A stretch of DNA of 64,000 bases from positions 704,001 through 768,000 of the forward strand of contig CAWKKR010000007.1 of assembly GCA_963850305.1 (NCBI GenBank), read 5' to 3'. The notes under the pieces are model-generated. The model ran no database searches. It was not told the DNA's origin and saw only the letters and a program-made list of their open reading frames with translations. Made by a program: the position numbers and the translations under genes. The DNA comes from an uncultured delta proteobacterium (GTDB lineage: Bacteria; Myxococcota_A; Polyangia; Polyangiales; Polyangiaceae). The first letter of the stretch is position 1. Every line of letters begins with the position of its first letter. This document shows positions 32,301 to 40,389 of the stretch, in pieces.

Positions 32301-34594
32301 GGGCGGCGCTCGAGCGGAATCCCGACCACGCGGAAGCGTTGGAAGAAATGGAAGGGCTCACGGACGACCGTGATCTGTTCGAGGAGGCGGCAGAGGTCCT
32401 CGAGCACGTGTATCGGAGTCGTGGCCGCACCGATCGTCTGGCCGCGTTGTTCGAGAAGCGCGTTGGATTCGCTGGCTCCCCGGCGGAGCGGATCGATATG
32501 CGACGGAATCTCGCGCGGGTTCTGGAGGAGGAGGCACGGGATCCTGCTGCCGCGCAGCGGGTGCTGCAACAGGGGCTCATGGACGATCCGTCGGACTCGG
32601 CGCTCCTCGAGCAGATCGAGCGACTCGCTCCGATCACCGGAAACTGGGAAGGCGCCGCGTCGTCTCTCCGCGACGCGATCGAGAAAAAGCTCGATCTGGT
32701 TCCGGACGTCGCGCGAGATCTGTCCGTCCGGGTCGCGGTCTGGTACCGGGACCGAGCCGAAGATCCGAAGGCGGCCGAGAAGGCCCTCGAGAAGGCCCTC
32801 GAGTTCGACCCGAATAGCGACGAGGTTCTCGTCCAGATCGAGCAGCTCGAATCCGTGCCGGGTCGGGAGCGAGATCTGGTGCAGACCCTCCGAAGGCGCG
32901 GGAAGCTCCAGCTGGACGACGACGCCCGCGTCGGGCTCTATCGTCGCGCCAAGGAGCTCGCCGAGGGTCTCGGTGATCGAGAGCTGGCGGAATCCGTCCT
33001 GCGCGAGCTCCTGTCCAAGGACGACTCGAACGCCTGGGCCCTCGCCGAGCTGACGAAGCTTCGCGAGACCGCGGGCGACTCGAAGGAAGTTTTTGCGTTG
33101 CTTCTCCGCCGTGTCGATCTCGGCGTGGACGACACGGAAAGTCGGCGACTCCGGCACCAGGCCGCGCTGATCGCTCGGGACCGGCTTCAGGATTCCGCGA
33201 AGGCGATCGAGCTCTATGCTCGCCTGTTCGAAGACGATCCTGCGGACGCGGACGCCGCCGGAGCGCTCAGGGCCCTTTACGAGGCGTCGAGCGCGCACGG
33301 GGACCTGGCGCGCTTGCTGGAGCGGCTCGTGGACGTTGCGGGGACGCCCGCCGAGCGAGGGGCGATCCGGATGGAGCTTGCGAGGCTCTCTGCCGATCGT
33401 TTCGCGGATCTCGCCAAGGCGGTCGATCTGCTTCGTGGGGTGATAGAAGAAGAACCGGCGCGGGCGGAAGCCGTTCTGGCCCTCGGGGAGCTCTACGAAC
33501 GCGCGACGCGCTACGACGAGCTTGCCGAGCTCCTCGGTGATCAAGTTCGTGCCGCTCACGCGCGGGGGGACGCCGAGGCGGAGGTTGCCTACGACGTGCG
33601 GCTTGCCGACGTCTACGATCGACGCCTCGCCAACCCGAAGAAGGCGATCGAGACGTACGAGGCAATCCTCTCGAGGGACCCTCGGCACCGCGACGCGCTC
33701 GAGGCGGTGGTCCGCCTCTACCAGAGCGCGGGCGATCATGCCTCCGCCGCCAGGAATCTGGAGACCCTGCTCGCCGCCTCGACGGGAGCGGAAGCGCAGG
33801 CGCTCGCCGTCACTCTCGCGGGGGAGTACCGCGCGATCTCGGACCTGGACCGAGCGGGCACCGCGCTCGAGCGCGGGCTCGCGGTGGACCCGACGAATCC
33901 AGCTCTTCGGGATCCGCTGCGTGCTCTCTACGAGGAGAGCGGCGCGTGGGGGAAGCTCTCGGACCTGATCGCCGGCGACGCGGATCTGGCCGAGTCGACC
34001 GATGAGAAGGTGAAGCTGCTGCGCAAGGCTGCGGCCATCCACGCAGGTAAGCGGAGTGACCACGCGGCATCCGCCGCGCTACTCGAACGCGCGAGCGGGT
34101 TGCGCCCCGAGGATCGCGAGCTGATGCTCGAACTCTGTGATGCTTACAGCGCGTCGGGGCGTGGCAAGGCGGCAGTGGAAGTCCTCGAAAAGATCGTCCA
34201 GTCGTTCGGCGGCAAGCGTTCGAAGGAGCTCGCGGAAATCCATCGGCGGCTCGCCAAGGCCTATCTGTCGGACGGTGAGCAGGCGCGCGCGATGGACGAG
34301 CTCGACAAGGCGTTCCGCATAGAGCCCGGCAACGTGCACGTGCTGAAGGAGCTCGGCGGGGTTTCGGTTCAGGTGGGCGATCTGAAGAAAGCGCAGCAGA
34401 TGTTCCGGGCGCTCCTTCTTCAGAAGCTCGACGACGCCGGGCCGATCACCAAGGCGGAGGTTTTCTGCAGTCTCGGGGACGTCCACCTGCGCCTCGGTGA
34501 GAAGCAGAAGGCCGTCCAGATGCTCGAACGCGCGCTGCAGACCGATGCCACGCTGGAGCGCGCCAGGGAGCTACTCGTCCAAGCGAAGGCGTAG
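23372..34594 (+). CDS. Giant tetratricopeptide-repeat protein (3740 aa), AgmK/GltI-like gliding-motility scaffold
   Basis: Uninterrupted 11.2-kb ORF made almost wholly of helical repeats (A..ALDRLY...GRW.DL, Y..IL..DP); no signal peptide; size and repeat style resemble myxobacterial AgmK. Confidence 0.85.
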   Translation: MDSQEIRTALGELQEDPDRKETWEKLAAAVGIPGGDLAPADALRIMARARRAHEARDEVEAVAALLALEVKIAARTLDEAALVAEESRVLRDELFDEDAALVADLRTLELAPDEPKAAAALVESEEKRARWQELSQTYLDEASSAPDDVYKSSMLMRAAEMELRFAGDHGNAARVVERLEEASSLDPGNARAAKMMERLYRRAERWTDVARVLTQATMHVTDPAARASAAVRLGRVQCFRLRDPAAAAAVYERLLKDQPANAEAIRFLADHYSRTENWDALVAFFERQIPEAEQSKADRLGDMLQIGMLHWRKREKLEDAEPWFERIRKLEPGNLGMLAFFRDYFEKIGDAGRQTAVLQGAQRVLPEGPDKVEVTQQLARLAEGQKDGQKAIEQYKALLRQNPDDEDSRERLKDLYRRTQGYNALVELLRQQLERTDAADGPKRLEILREVANLYRSSIKSDTALVSVLNQILQIDERDIEAVRELIALYEKLGRARDLLASQQKLAELSSDPTEKAELFRLIARRWLEQFSNVQNATQAFEGLLKILPGDPEACQNLSELYKKRRAWPQLFELYQSQVGTLEGGERLTLMTEMAQLAAERLGRGDDAAKLYREILAADPGNAQVLDALERHAERAKDWPTLAEALERRVDALSDPGARLAVLQKLGTVYAEHVGDHQGAVRAWRRVLELQPGHQRALRVLRDSYLLAGDYGGLEELYASQGDWEGLAEVLSNTADRAKEGAAKIELSYRAAGVYKDRLRQPERAFRSYERILATDPNDTRAAKELIPLYEAEEKWPRLPALHELLVERTEDEAEKLAHLQRLVEIAGERLSDRNAAATYARRAYAIAPDDAAVLASFQSAAAAAGAWPLFVEAVEERAKKVKKKKRRPLELLLADVYTRELSRTDDAIGIYKRLLESDATDTEAGTALEAILRREGRRDDLRWLLGLRVENAASDDERVRVLGEWATLEEESFAEPDRAAALHARVLEHAPGNVVALAALPRLLLATGNAKGAAEVLEKHRENTSGAERADVETELAELYIERLGRPADALEAVGRVLELSPHDPRAISALRRLLAHKETKERAAEILATEYAATGDSRQEADALSQMLAAASRPEERRALYLRLCDVHEQKLSSSNAALDVMLRAVREFPADLELWRRAESLSASANRPTDLAEAFREALRAELPPEAELELCEQAARLHEERLGDPVGASPYLERVLVRDPGNERAFTRLKQILTGAERWAELEALYDRAAAATEDPILKTEMLSEVALVCEEIIEDPVKATRSYERILEVDPNHEGALVALDRLYEQQGRHKDLAALLERRLGSALGEASLDMKLRLGRIQLDVLHEPGKAAGHIEDVLRERSNDYDARRLAERLLEIGDHRIRAARMLEAVYEARDEVRDLVRVLEIRLQALDEAAGNANAIDDERKELLRRIAAFRDERLHDDAGAIDALSRYVPSEPLDGDARARLLDIGRRLGAQARVADVLERASNGADTPGMRGEILTEVAKIYEEQLGNPGKAEETYRKVLEIDPDDAALALPAARALEHIYLASNAHEKLRDTLRTQIRLESDPDVRTELEGRLGTLCETVLDDPDGAIVAWKSRLEENSSDAAALSSLDRLYERTGRFKDLVQILEARRDRTEVPSERRELMRRAAETFAGKLSAESEAIDTWRAIVDEFGPNAEALGALETLYAAGSRNQDLADTYEAHLDIVDAGEERLALLAKLGDLRRERLSDAAGALGAYRQALSIDTRHAPSREALEKLLASEDIPTRREAAEILHPIYETDGDSERLLRVLEVEILCADDPESKLAGLEKAVNVSYGFMNDAPRAFGYAERGVREAAGHADVRPWLAQIERLAAATGRRAEQVSLLREAVTEIFDGDTQFAVTERIATLAREVLKDLPLAREYYEKAAELRPDDRGTLVALESLYEEMGDAPALLGVLERRAEVAQTDSEKKELLFRRAKLLAEKLGDRPRAIEVYETILDLDLDRGAVDALESLYGSEERWDDLVSLYQRQLDAPGSSAADLHVKIARVAARHLKDSTRAFDELEAALDLERQHDGAIAELERVLGSDEDKEQRARAAGLLEPIYLIRSDYDRVMRSISARLDATDDPALRHELLTRLAHLYEEQKEDYVAALDTTAKLFHDDIADESTLAELERLAKVAGAEKRLAEIYATELEPLHGDDPMTAKLAARTGEIFASLGDSDRALSFYRRALAFEPDSNALFGAVDGLLERTGRHEERVGLYKSGLDHKYEPADRLKFLHTIAGLERRELGRPDAAIETYRQAVDVDETDARALDALAELYGERGRHSDLADLLLRRAESANSPDAAAGYRLTLARLLKDKLGDAGRAIDQLEEIVRAAPHHQEAVAELEALKEDEAYRERVVEILRPLYEGADDWRRLIKLNEDRYGLARDIAEKVAVLRETSALWEQRGEDRDRARRALAIAVELDPDDADVRAEYERLVEATSAWDELAESYESALRENPDLASKPALLSMLASVHDTRRDDPRRALDAYDRLRELDASELGPLEKMEQLATLLSDWAVLDRVLTAKAELVLEDDERASIFRRVGEARRDMLDDRTGAIAAYERAAELDPESTFTVDCLIDLYETKGDAARLVELYQRRVELASEDDAELKYELLVKSADCYETKLENRPRAIESMNQALSVRPGDTAVLGALNRLYRAEEMWPELLENLRLEASSCESVEQRANLRKQIAQILSNKMSSYEDALEAYGLVLGELPGDAEATVAARKLGEEHEHLRPAAAAILVPVLSQGGRHQELVDVLELRLTTETEPGARAATLRAIAEVLDRDLKRPGDAESALLRAVAEQPEAADLHSEIERLAQASDGWARYADVLGERAQATFDVSLARDLYTRLGRVAERNLGDDRRAVQAYTRAIEQVGDQPELLEALDRLYARIGDARALAEVLERRVAVVAAPDEQANIHYRLAVVFITEFKEASRGLGSLRAALERNPDHAEALEEMEGLTDDRDLFEEAAEVLEHVYRSRGRTDRLAALFEKRVGFAGSPAERIDMRRNLARVLEEEARDPAAAQRVLQQGLMDDPSDSALLEQIERLAPITGNWEGAASSLRDAIEKKLDLVPDVARDLSVRVAVWYRDRAEDPKAAEKALEKALEFDPNSDEVLVQIEQLESVPGRERDLVQTLRRRGKLQLDDDARVGLYRRAKELAEGLGDRELAESVLRELLSKDDSNAWALAELTKLRETAGDSKEVFALLLRRVDLGVDDTESRRLRHQAALIARDRLQDSAKAIELYARLFEDDPADADAAGALRALYEASSAHGDLARLLERLVDVAGTPAERGAIRMELARLSADRFADLAKAVDLLRGVIEEEPARAEAVLALGELYERATRYDELAELLGDQVRAAHARGDAEAEVAYDVRLADVYDRRLANPKKAIETYEAILSRDPRHRDALEAVVRLYQSAGDHASAARNLETLLAASTGAEAQALAVTLAGEYRAISDLDRAGTALERGLAVDPTNPALRDPLRALYEESGAWGKLSDLIAGDADLAESTDEKVKLLRKAAAIHAGKRSDHAASAALLERASGLRPEDRELMLELCDAYSASGRGKAAVEVLEKIVQSFGGKRSKELAEIHRRLAKAYLSDGEQARAMDELDKAFRIEPGNVHVLKELGGVSVQVGDLKKAQQMFRALLLQKLDDAGPITKAEVFCSLGDVHLRLGEKQKAVQMLERALQTDATLERARELLVQAKA

Positions 34595-34596
34595 CC

Positions 34597-35256
34597 GTGG
34601 CCGCGCAGTCGGGGTGCACGCGAACCGCGCTGGGGACGTTGCTCGGCCTCGTCGTCTGGGCGTGGACGCGGACGCTGCGCGTCACGCTCGAGGCGGACCT
34701 CGCGGAGGTGGGGCGCCGCCGCGTGTTCGCCTTCTTGCACGGCCAGCAGATGGCGTTACTCGCGGCACCGTGGGGGCCCGTCGTGGTTCTCGTCAGTCTG
34801 TCTCGGGATGGGGCTATCCAGGCCTCCGTGATGAGGAGGCTCGGGTTCCTCGTCGTACGAGGTTCCTCTTCGCGCGGAGGTGTTCGCGGGCTCGCCGGGA
34901 TCGTACGCGAGCTCTCCGGTGGCGCGGACGCCGCCTTCGCCGTCGACGGTCCGCGGGGGCCGCGTGGCGTTCCGAAACCCGGAGCAGCGCTGGCAGCTTC
35001 GCTGACCGGGGCGGAACTCGTGCCGGTCGCAACCGCAGCTGCGCGATCCATCGTCGTTTCGCGAGCGTGGGATGCCTTCGAGATTCCACTTCCGTTCACG
35101 CGTGTTGCGATAGTCGCTGGAGCGGCGGTTCGCGCAACGGCGGCCCGTTCGGATCCGGAGGTCCTGGGCGCCGCGCTTCGTGGAGCGCGGGCCCGGGCGG
35201 AGCGGATCGTCGGTTGCGACTCGCGGTCGGCCTCCTTGGCGCGCGGCGAGGCCTAG
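34597..35256 (+). CDS. DUF374 / lysophospholipid acyltransferase-family protein
   Basis: SLSRDG, VRGSSSRGG, AVDGPRGP, AWD.F.IPLPF motifs. Confidence 0.85.
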   Translation: MAAQSGCTRTALGTLLGLVVWAWTRTLRVTLEADLAEVGRRRVFAFLHGQQMALLAAPWGPVVVLVSLSRDGAIQASVMRRLGFLVVRGSSSRGGVRGLAGIVRELSGGADAAFAVDGPRGPRGVPKPGAALAASLTGAELVPVATAAARSIVVSRAWDAFEIPLPFTRVAIVAGAAVRATAARSDPEVLGAALRGARARAERIVGCDSRSASLARGEA

Positions 35257-35258
35257 TC

Positions 35259-36122
35259 ATGGGGCGCATTGCCATGATCGACGGTGTCTTGTCGCCTCTC
35301 GAGCGTGCGACGGTTGGCGTCGAGGACCGAGGATTCCTGTACGGAGACTCCGTGTTCGAGACCCTCCGGACGTACGACGGTCATCCGTTCGCACTCGACG
35401 AGCATATCGAGCGTCTCGCGCGCAGCGCAGCGCTCGTACATATTCCGCTTCCCATCGGGAAGTCCTCGCTCGTGAGTGAAGTACTTGCGGCGATCGGCGC
35501 TGCGGGAAACCCGGAGAGCTACGTCCGTGTCATGGTCACCAGAGGCTCCGGCGAGCTCGGTCTGGATCCGTCGCTCGCGGCGAATCCTCTGCGCGTCATC
35601 CTGGTGACGCCGCTCGACCCACCAGCACGGGGAGTTTACGAGCGGGGGATTCGTGCGGTGACGTTCGCGACGCGAAGGCACGCGGATGGCACGGAAGGGG
35701 CAGGCGCCAAGATCGGCAACTATCTCGTCAGCGTGCTCGCCATGCGGACCGCAAGGGAAGCAGGTGCGGGCGAGGCTCTGATCGTGGACCGTGACGGTTT
35801 CGTCGTCGAGGGGGCGACGTCGAACGTCTTCTTCGTTCTCGGTGAGACGCTCGTGACACCACCGGAAGGTTCGGGAATCCTGCCCGGGATCACACGCTCC
35901 GTGTTGCTCCGGCTCGCGCCGAGGACGGGATTGCGCGTCGAGTTCCGGGCACCTCGGACGAACGAGTTCGGCGCCTTCGACGAGGTATTCGTCTCTTCGA
36001 GCATCCGGGAACTTCTTGCCGTCGTTGCAATCGACGGGGCCGCCGTCGGTGGCGGGACTCCAGGTCCGGTTTCATGGAGGCTCCTCGACGCATTCCGCGC
36101 ATACACGCGGAATGCGGTCTGA
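35259..36122 (+). CDS. PLP-dependent aminotransferase class IV (IlvE/Dat/PabC family)
   Basis: ATG at 35259; DRGFLYGDSVFETLR, PLP lysine in AKIGNY, EGATSN, ILPGITR. Confidence 0.92.
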   Translation: MGRIAMIDGVLSPLERATVGVEDRGFLYGDSVFETLRTYDGHPFALDEHIERLARSAALVHIPLPIGKSSLVSEVLAAIGAAGNPESYVRVMVTRGSGELGLDPSLAANPLRVILVTPLDPPARGVYERGIRAVTFATRRHADGTEGAGAKIGNYLVSVLAMRTAREAGAGEALIVDRDGFVVEGATSNVFFVLGETLVTPPEGSGILPGITRSVLLRLAPRTGLRVEFRAPRTNEFGAFDEVFVSSSIRELLAVVAIDGAAVGGGTPGPVSWRLLDAFRAYTRNAV

Positions 36123-36134
36123 CGCCCGTCCTTG

Positions 36135-37265
36135 CTACGGCGTCGGTTGCTCGGGGGCGGGCGCGGCGACCTGGCGTTGCGTCGGAATGCGAAGCTTGCC
36201 TCCGCCTTGGGCGATCATCAGCGCCACGGCCTTGTCGAAGAAGGCCTTCAAGAACGGAACCTCACGCGGCGGATTTGTCACGAGTCCGCACTTTTCGATG
36301 ACCTTCATCGCCGCCGAGATTTCCAGCGCGCGGTGCTCGCCCTCTCGACCGAGCGCGGATAGTGCGCTGTCCTTCATGCGCCGCACCAGCTCCACGCGGA
36401 ATTCGGGCGTGAAGAACCGGTCCGTCGCCGCCTCCGCTTCGGCCTTCAGGTGCTCCGTCACGACTCCCGGCTCGGGCGTTTCGCCGGGCACCAGTTTCTG
36501 ACCAACCTTCGCGAGGAGCTCCTCGATCGCCGTGTTGGTGGGCAGCCAGCCTCGAAACTCGGGGAGGCTGTGGAGGGAAGCCGAGCCCTTCGCCATCTCC
36601 GCGGCGTCCTCGTCCGACAGCTCGAACCCCTCCTCGTCGAACGGGTGCGGAACCGGCTCGGGTACGGGTTCGATCAGCGGCGCAGCTGTCGTGAGTCCGA
36701 GCGGCTCCGGGAGTCCGCGCTCGCGATGAATTCGCCGCGCTTCGGCGATGCGAGATCGGGCCCAGGGAACAGGGACGACGGTCGCGCCGTATCCCGCGCC
36801 TGGTAGCACTTTTCCGAAATACTCTTTCAGCTGTGTCTGGCTCATGGTGGCGTTTTCGACGCGAGCGACGCCCTGTGCGCCGTGCAGATACACGAACGCC
36901 GCGCGATACCGGCCGCTTGCCGGGCGCGAAGTGACGGCAAACAGCTGCATACCGCCGGAGTCGGGCGCCATCATCCAGGCTTCCACGACTTCCGGCGCGC
37001 TCGCAGCTGAGAGTGCCGCGACGCGCCGCAGATTCGGGATCGGGACGCCGCGGGAGCGGAGCACGTTCAGTCCCCGCCGGGCGGCCTTTCGGGCCGCGCC
37101 TTCACCGTGTTCGCTGACCTCGAGCACGGCCGCCGCATTTGCGTGGTCGACCCACGAACGTATCAACTCCTCCGCCCGTTGCCCGGCTTCGCGAGCGGCC
37201 TGGATTGCGGTTTCGGCGTTCGCCTGCAGGAGGCGCGGCTCGAGAGCTACGGAATTCTTCGACAT
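36135..37265 (-). CDS. Hypothetical protein
   Basis: ATG at 37265 (MSKNSVALEP); protein-like composition; TGGTATCCT extended -10-like element just upstream. Confidence 0.72.
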   Translation of the reverse strand: MSKNSVALEPRLLQANAETAIQAAREAGQRAEELIRSWVDHANAAAVLEVSEHGEGAARKAARRGLNVLRSRGVPIPNLRRVAALSAASAPEVVEAWMMAPDSGGMQLFAVTSRPASGRYRAAFVYLHGAQGVARVENATMSQTQLKEYFGKVLPGAGYGATVVPVPWARSRIAEARRIHRERGLPEPLGLTTAAPLIEPVPEPVPHPFDEEGFELSDEDAAEMAKGSASLHSLPEFRGWLPTNTAIEELLAKVGQKLVPGETPEPGVVTEHLKAEAEAATDRFFTPEFRVELVRRMKDSALSALGREGEHRALEISAAMKVIEKCGLVTNPPREVPFLKAFFDKAVALMIAQGGGKLRIPTQRQVAAPAPEQPTP

Positions 37266-37327
37266 TGAACTCGCAGGATACCAAAAAACGAGTGCCCCCT
37301 CCTCCCGCTTCGCGTGGAGGTGACGTC

Positions 37328-37768
37328 TCAAGCTCGATGCGACTCAGATGCTTGAGCGTCGTTCGTCGCACGAGCTGGATCCACTTCCGCGATGAGCTCG
37401 ATCTCGATACGGGCTCCGAGGGGAAGCGCCGCGACCTGGACCGTCGAGCGCGCGGGAGGGGCAGCCCGGAAGTAGCCGGCGTACACGCCGTTGACGGTCC
37501 CGAAGTCGGCGAGGTTCGTCAGAAATAGGGTCGCCTTGACGACCCGGTCGAACGTCGTCCCGGCGGCGTCGAGCACGGCACGGAGGTTCTCCATCACCCG
37601 GCGCGTCTGGTCCTCTATCGAGTCCCCCGTGAGCTTGCCGGTTGCCGGATCGAGCGCAATCTGGCCACTCGTGAAGAGGAATCCGCCCGAGCGTACGGCT
37701 TGACTGTATGGGCCGACGGCTTTCGGAGCGTGCTCGGTCGCCACGGTTCTGCCGCTCTCCGGCTGCAT
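37328..37768 (-). CDS. ridA: RidA/YjgF family enamine/imine deaminase
   Basis: ATG at 37768; APKAVGPYSQA, SGQIALDP, PPARSTVQVAALP..A.IEIE. Confidence 0.92.
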   Translation of the reverse strand: MQPESGRTVATEHAPKAVGPYSQAVRSGGFLFTSGQIALDPATGKLTGDSIEDQTRRVMENLRAVLDAAGTTFDRVVKATLFLTNLADFGTVNGVYAGYFRAAPPARSTVQVAALPLGARIEIELIAEVDPARATNDAQASESHRA

Positions 37769-37830
37769 GTGCCCTCGATAGTCGATCGGGGGCGCCGGCA
37801 AAATCAAGCAGGGAGGCACCCCGCGGGACG

Positions 37831-38451
37831 TTATCGCGGAGCATCCACGGACCGTCGGCCGCTGATCGCGCGCCCCAGCGTTATTTGGTCGGAAAACTCG
37901 AGGTCCCCACCGTGAGGCACGCCGCTCGCGATGCGGGTCACCATCAGGCCGAGCGCGGATAACTCTTGAGCGAGCAAGAGCGCCGTGGCTTCTCCGTCCA
38001 CCGACGGTGGGGTGGCCAGGATCACCTCTTTGACCCCGTCCGCGCCAGCGAGAGCCGCCAGCTGGGCGAGCGGAAGTTCGTCCGGACCGACCCCATCGAG
38101 CGGCGAGAGCAGCCTTCCGAGCACGAAATATCTCCCGCGCATGGCGCCGCTGCGCTCGACCGCCAGGAGATCCTGCACTCGAGCGACCACGCAAAGTACG
38201 GACGGATCACGTCGCGAGTCGAGGCAGACGGCGCAGAGGGCGTGGCCCGACTCGTCGATCTCGGCGATGTTTCGACAGCGCTCGCACGCCCTCACTCTCG
38301 AGGCGAGGGTGGAAAGCTCGTTTCCGAGATCCGCCGCCAGCGTTCCCGATTCCGAAGCGAGGAACAGGACGTGGCGTTGCGCGGTCTTCTCGCCAACGCC
38401 CGGCAATCGGGAGAGCAGGTGAATCAGCGTGCGCAATCTATCCGGAAGCAA
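37831..38451 (-). CDS. recR: Recombination mediator RecR
   Basis: LPGVGEKTAQR HhH; C4 zinc finger; Toprim EVILAT..VDGEATA; TRIASGVPHGGDLE. Confidence 0.96.
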   Translation of the reverse strand: MLPDRLRTLIHLLSRLPGVGEKTAQRHVLFLASESGTLAADLGNELSTLASRVRACERCRNIAEIDESGHALCAVCLDSRRDPSVLCVVARVQDLLAVERSGAMRGRYFVLGRLLSPLDGVGPDELPLAQLAALAGADGVKEVILATPPSVDGEATALLLAQELSALGLMVTRIASGVPHGGDLEFSDQITLGRAISGRRSVDAPR

Positions 38452-38479
38452 TCGTCAATCCTTGGTTCGTCGCGTTGCC

Positions 38480-40309
38480 TCACTCGTCCGGCAGCCGGAT
38501 CTCTTTCAGACGTGCTCCGAGGATCTGCGCTGCTTCCGTTATCCTGGGATGATCTTTCGCGCGCGCGAGCGCCTCGCGTTGCCTCTCGGTTCGCGCCTGG
38601 CTGTCCAGTGCCGACACGGAGATGCCCGTGGTGCCTGGCGTCGTGGTGTCGAACTTCAGCGTGGGCTCCTTGCCGAAGTGTTCACGCGCCGCCTGCCGGA
38701 CGACGCCGAGTGATTCCGCCGCCTTCGCGCTGCGTTCGAACACGCTGCCTTGCTCGAATCCGACGACAATCTGTTCCTGATCGACCCGCACGAGGGTCCC
38801 GTGCTGCAAGACCGCCGCGAGGTCGGGGCGAACCGCGCGCACTCGCTCCAGAACGCTCCGCCAGGCGTCGAGTCCCGCCGCGTCCGACGCCGAGGGCGCG
38901 CCTGATTGCTCCGCCGGCTTTCCCTCGCCAGTTCTCGGCTCTCCTCCGCCGTGCGGCGGTGGCGAAGAGGATTCTCCTGGACGGTCCTCCTTCGCGAGCG
39001 ACGTCGCGGGCGGTCTCGAAGGTTCGTGCGCCCCGTTCGACCCACTCGCACGAGTGCGTTCCGGGGTCTGCGAGCGCTGGGCCCCTCCACTCGAAACCGG
39101 GGGCACGCCCGCTGGTGTGGGGGCGTTGCCCCGTGGCGCGGCGCCGAGGCGCTTTTCGAGCGCGATCAACCGGGTCACGAGATCGTCGATCGGGATGAGC
39201 TGGGGCCGCCGCGCCAGGCGCACACAAAGCATTTCGAGAGCCGCGCGGACCTGTCCACTCCGGACGACATCGTCGAAGCCGCTGCTCATGCCCTGGTGCA
39301 GCCGGACGAGATCATCGGCCGTGGTTCGCGCCGCGAGGGCCCCCACGTCCGAGCGCTCCTCGTCGGCCAGGTCCACGAGATCCGCCGTGTCCTCGCACGT
39401 CTTCATCACGACGAGGTCACGCAGCATGGCCAACAGATCGCGCGCGACGGACGTAAGATCGTACCCCTGGCTCGCCAGCCGCCCGAGGATATCGAGGCAA
39501 GTCGCGGCGTTTCCGTCCACGAGCGCACCCGAGAGTTCATGCAAGACACTTCGGCTGGCCACGCCGAGCACTCGCGCCACCGATTCGCCGTCCAGGGCCT
39601 GGTCATTCCACGCGATGACCTGATCCAGGAGGCTCATGGCGTCCCGCATGCTGCCGGCCGCTTCCCGCGCGATGATGGACAAGCCGTGCTCGTCGCTGCC
39701 GATGCCTTCGGCGTCGAGGACGTGTTTCAACCGCTTTGCGATGAGCCTCGTCGGAATCAGCTTGAAGTCGAAACGCTGAACGCGCGATAGGATCGTGACC
39801 GGGACCTTGTGAACCTCGGTGGTCGCGAAGATGAACTTCACGTGCGGAGGCGGCTCTTCGAGCGTCTTCAGGAACGCGTTCCACGCGCTCTGCGACAGCA
39901 TGTGGACTTCGTCCACGATGAAGATCTTGTATCGATCTCTCGCGGGTCGGTAGGGAAGGGAATCCTGGAGTTTTCGGACCTCGTCGACGCCGTTGTAGCT
40001 CGCGCCGTCGATTTCACGGACGTCGATGTCGGTGCCTGCGGTGATCTCCTTGCACGCCGGGCATTCGAGGCAAGGCGTCGCGGTTGGCCCGCTGAGGGGG
40101 GCGGCGGCCGTTCCCGTGCAGTTCAACGCCTTCGCCAGTATCCGAGCCGAGGTCGTCTTGCCAACGCCGCGCACGCCCGTGAAGAGAAATGCGTGCGCGA
40201 CCCTCCCGGATTGGATCGCATTTGCCAGCGTCCGCGACACGTGGCCCTGTCCGATGAGATCCTCGAAGGACATCGGGCGCCATTTGCGGGCGAGAACGAC
40301 GTAGCTCAT
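38480..40309 (-). CDS. dnaX: DNA polymerase III subunit gamma/tau
   Basis: MSYVVLARKWRP start at 40309; GVRGVGKTT; IVDEVHMLS; NAFLKTLEEPP. Confidence 0.97.
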   Translation of the reverse strand: MSYVVLARKWRPMSFEDLIGQGHVSRTLANAIQSGRVAHAFLFTGVRGVGKTTSARILAKALNCTGTAAAPLSGPTATPCLECPACKEITAGTDIDVREIDGASYNGVDEVRKLQDSLPYRPARDRYKIFIVDEVHMLSQSAWNAFLKTLEEPPPHVKFIFATTEVHKVPVTILSRVQRFDFKLIPTRLIAKRLKHVLDAEGIGSDEHGLSIIAREAAGSMRDAMSLLDQVIAWNDQALDGESVARVLGVASRSVLHELSGALVDGNAATCLDILGRLASQGYDLTSVARDLLAMLRDLVVMKTCEDTADLVDLADEERSDVGALAARTTADDLVRLHQGMSSGFDDVVRSGQVRAALEMLCVRLARRPQLIPIDDLVTRLIALEKRLGAAPRGNAPTPAGVPPVSSGGAQRSQTPERTRASGSNGAHEPSRPPATSLAKEDRPGESSSPPPHGGGEPRTGEGKPAEQSGAPSASDAAGLDAWRSVLERVRAVRPDLAAVLQHGTLVRVDQEQIVVGFEQGSVFERSAKAAESLGVVRQAAREHFGKEPTLKFDTTTPGTTGISVSALDSQARTERQREALARAKDHPRITEAAQILGARLKEIRLPDE

Positions 40310-40389
40310 GCTCGACTTCACCGCGTAGCAGATCGCTCTCCAGGCCAAAAGGGCTCCAGTCGGATCGATCGCGGAGTCGAGCTCCGCCG

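Noticed and set aside
22601..34063. Long antisense ORFs (e.g. 22601..25453, 30875..34063) and the many other overlapping Arg/Pro/Ala-rich ORFs in the track
   Set aside because: Shadow frames of high-GC coding genes; no recognisable motifs and they overlap well-supported genes.
38480..40309. Programmed -1 frameshift in dnaX
   Set aside because: No A-AAA-AAG heptamer or long A run seen in the coding strand.
40310..40389. SRP RNA (ffs) or tRNA upstream of dnaX
   Set aside because: 80-bp divergent gap with no recognisable SRP or cloverleaf motif.
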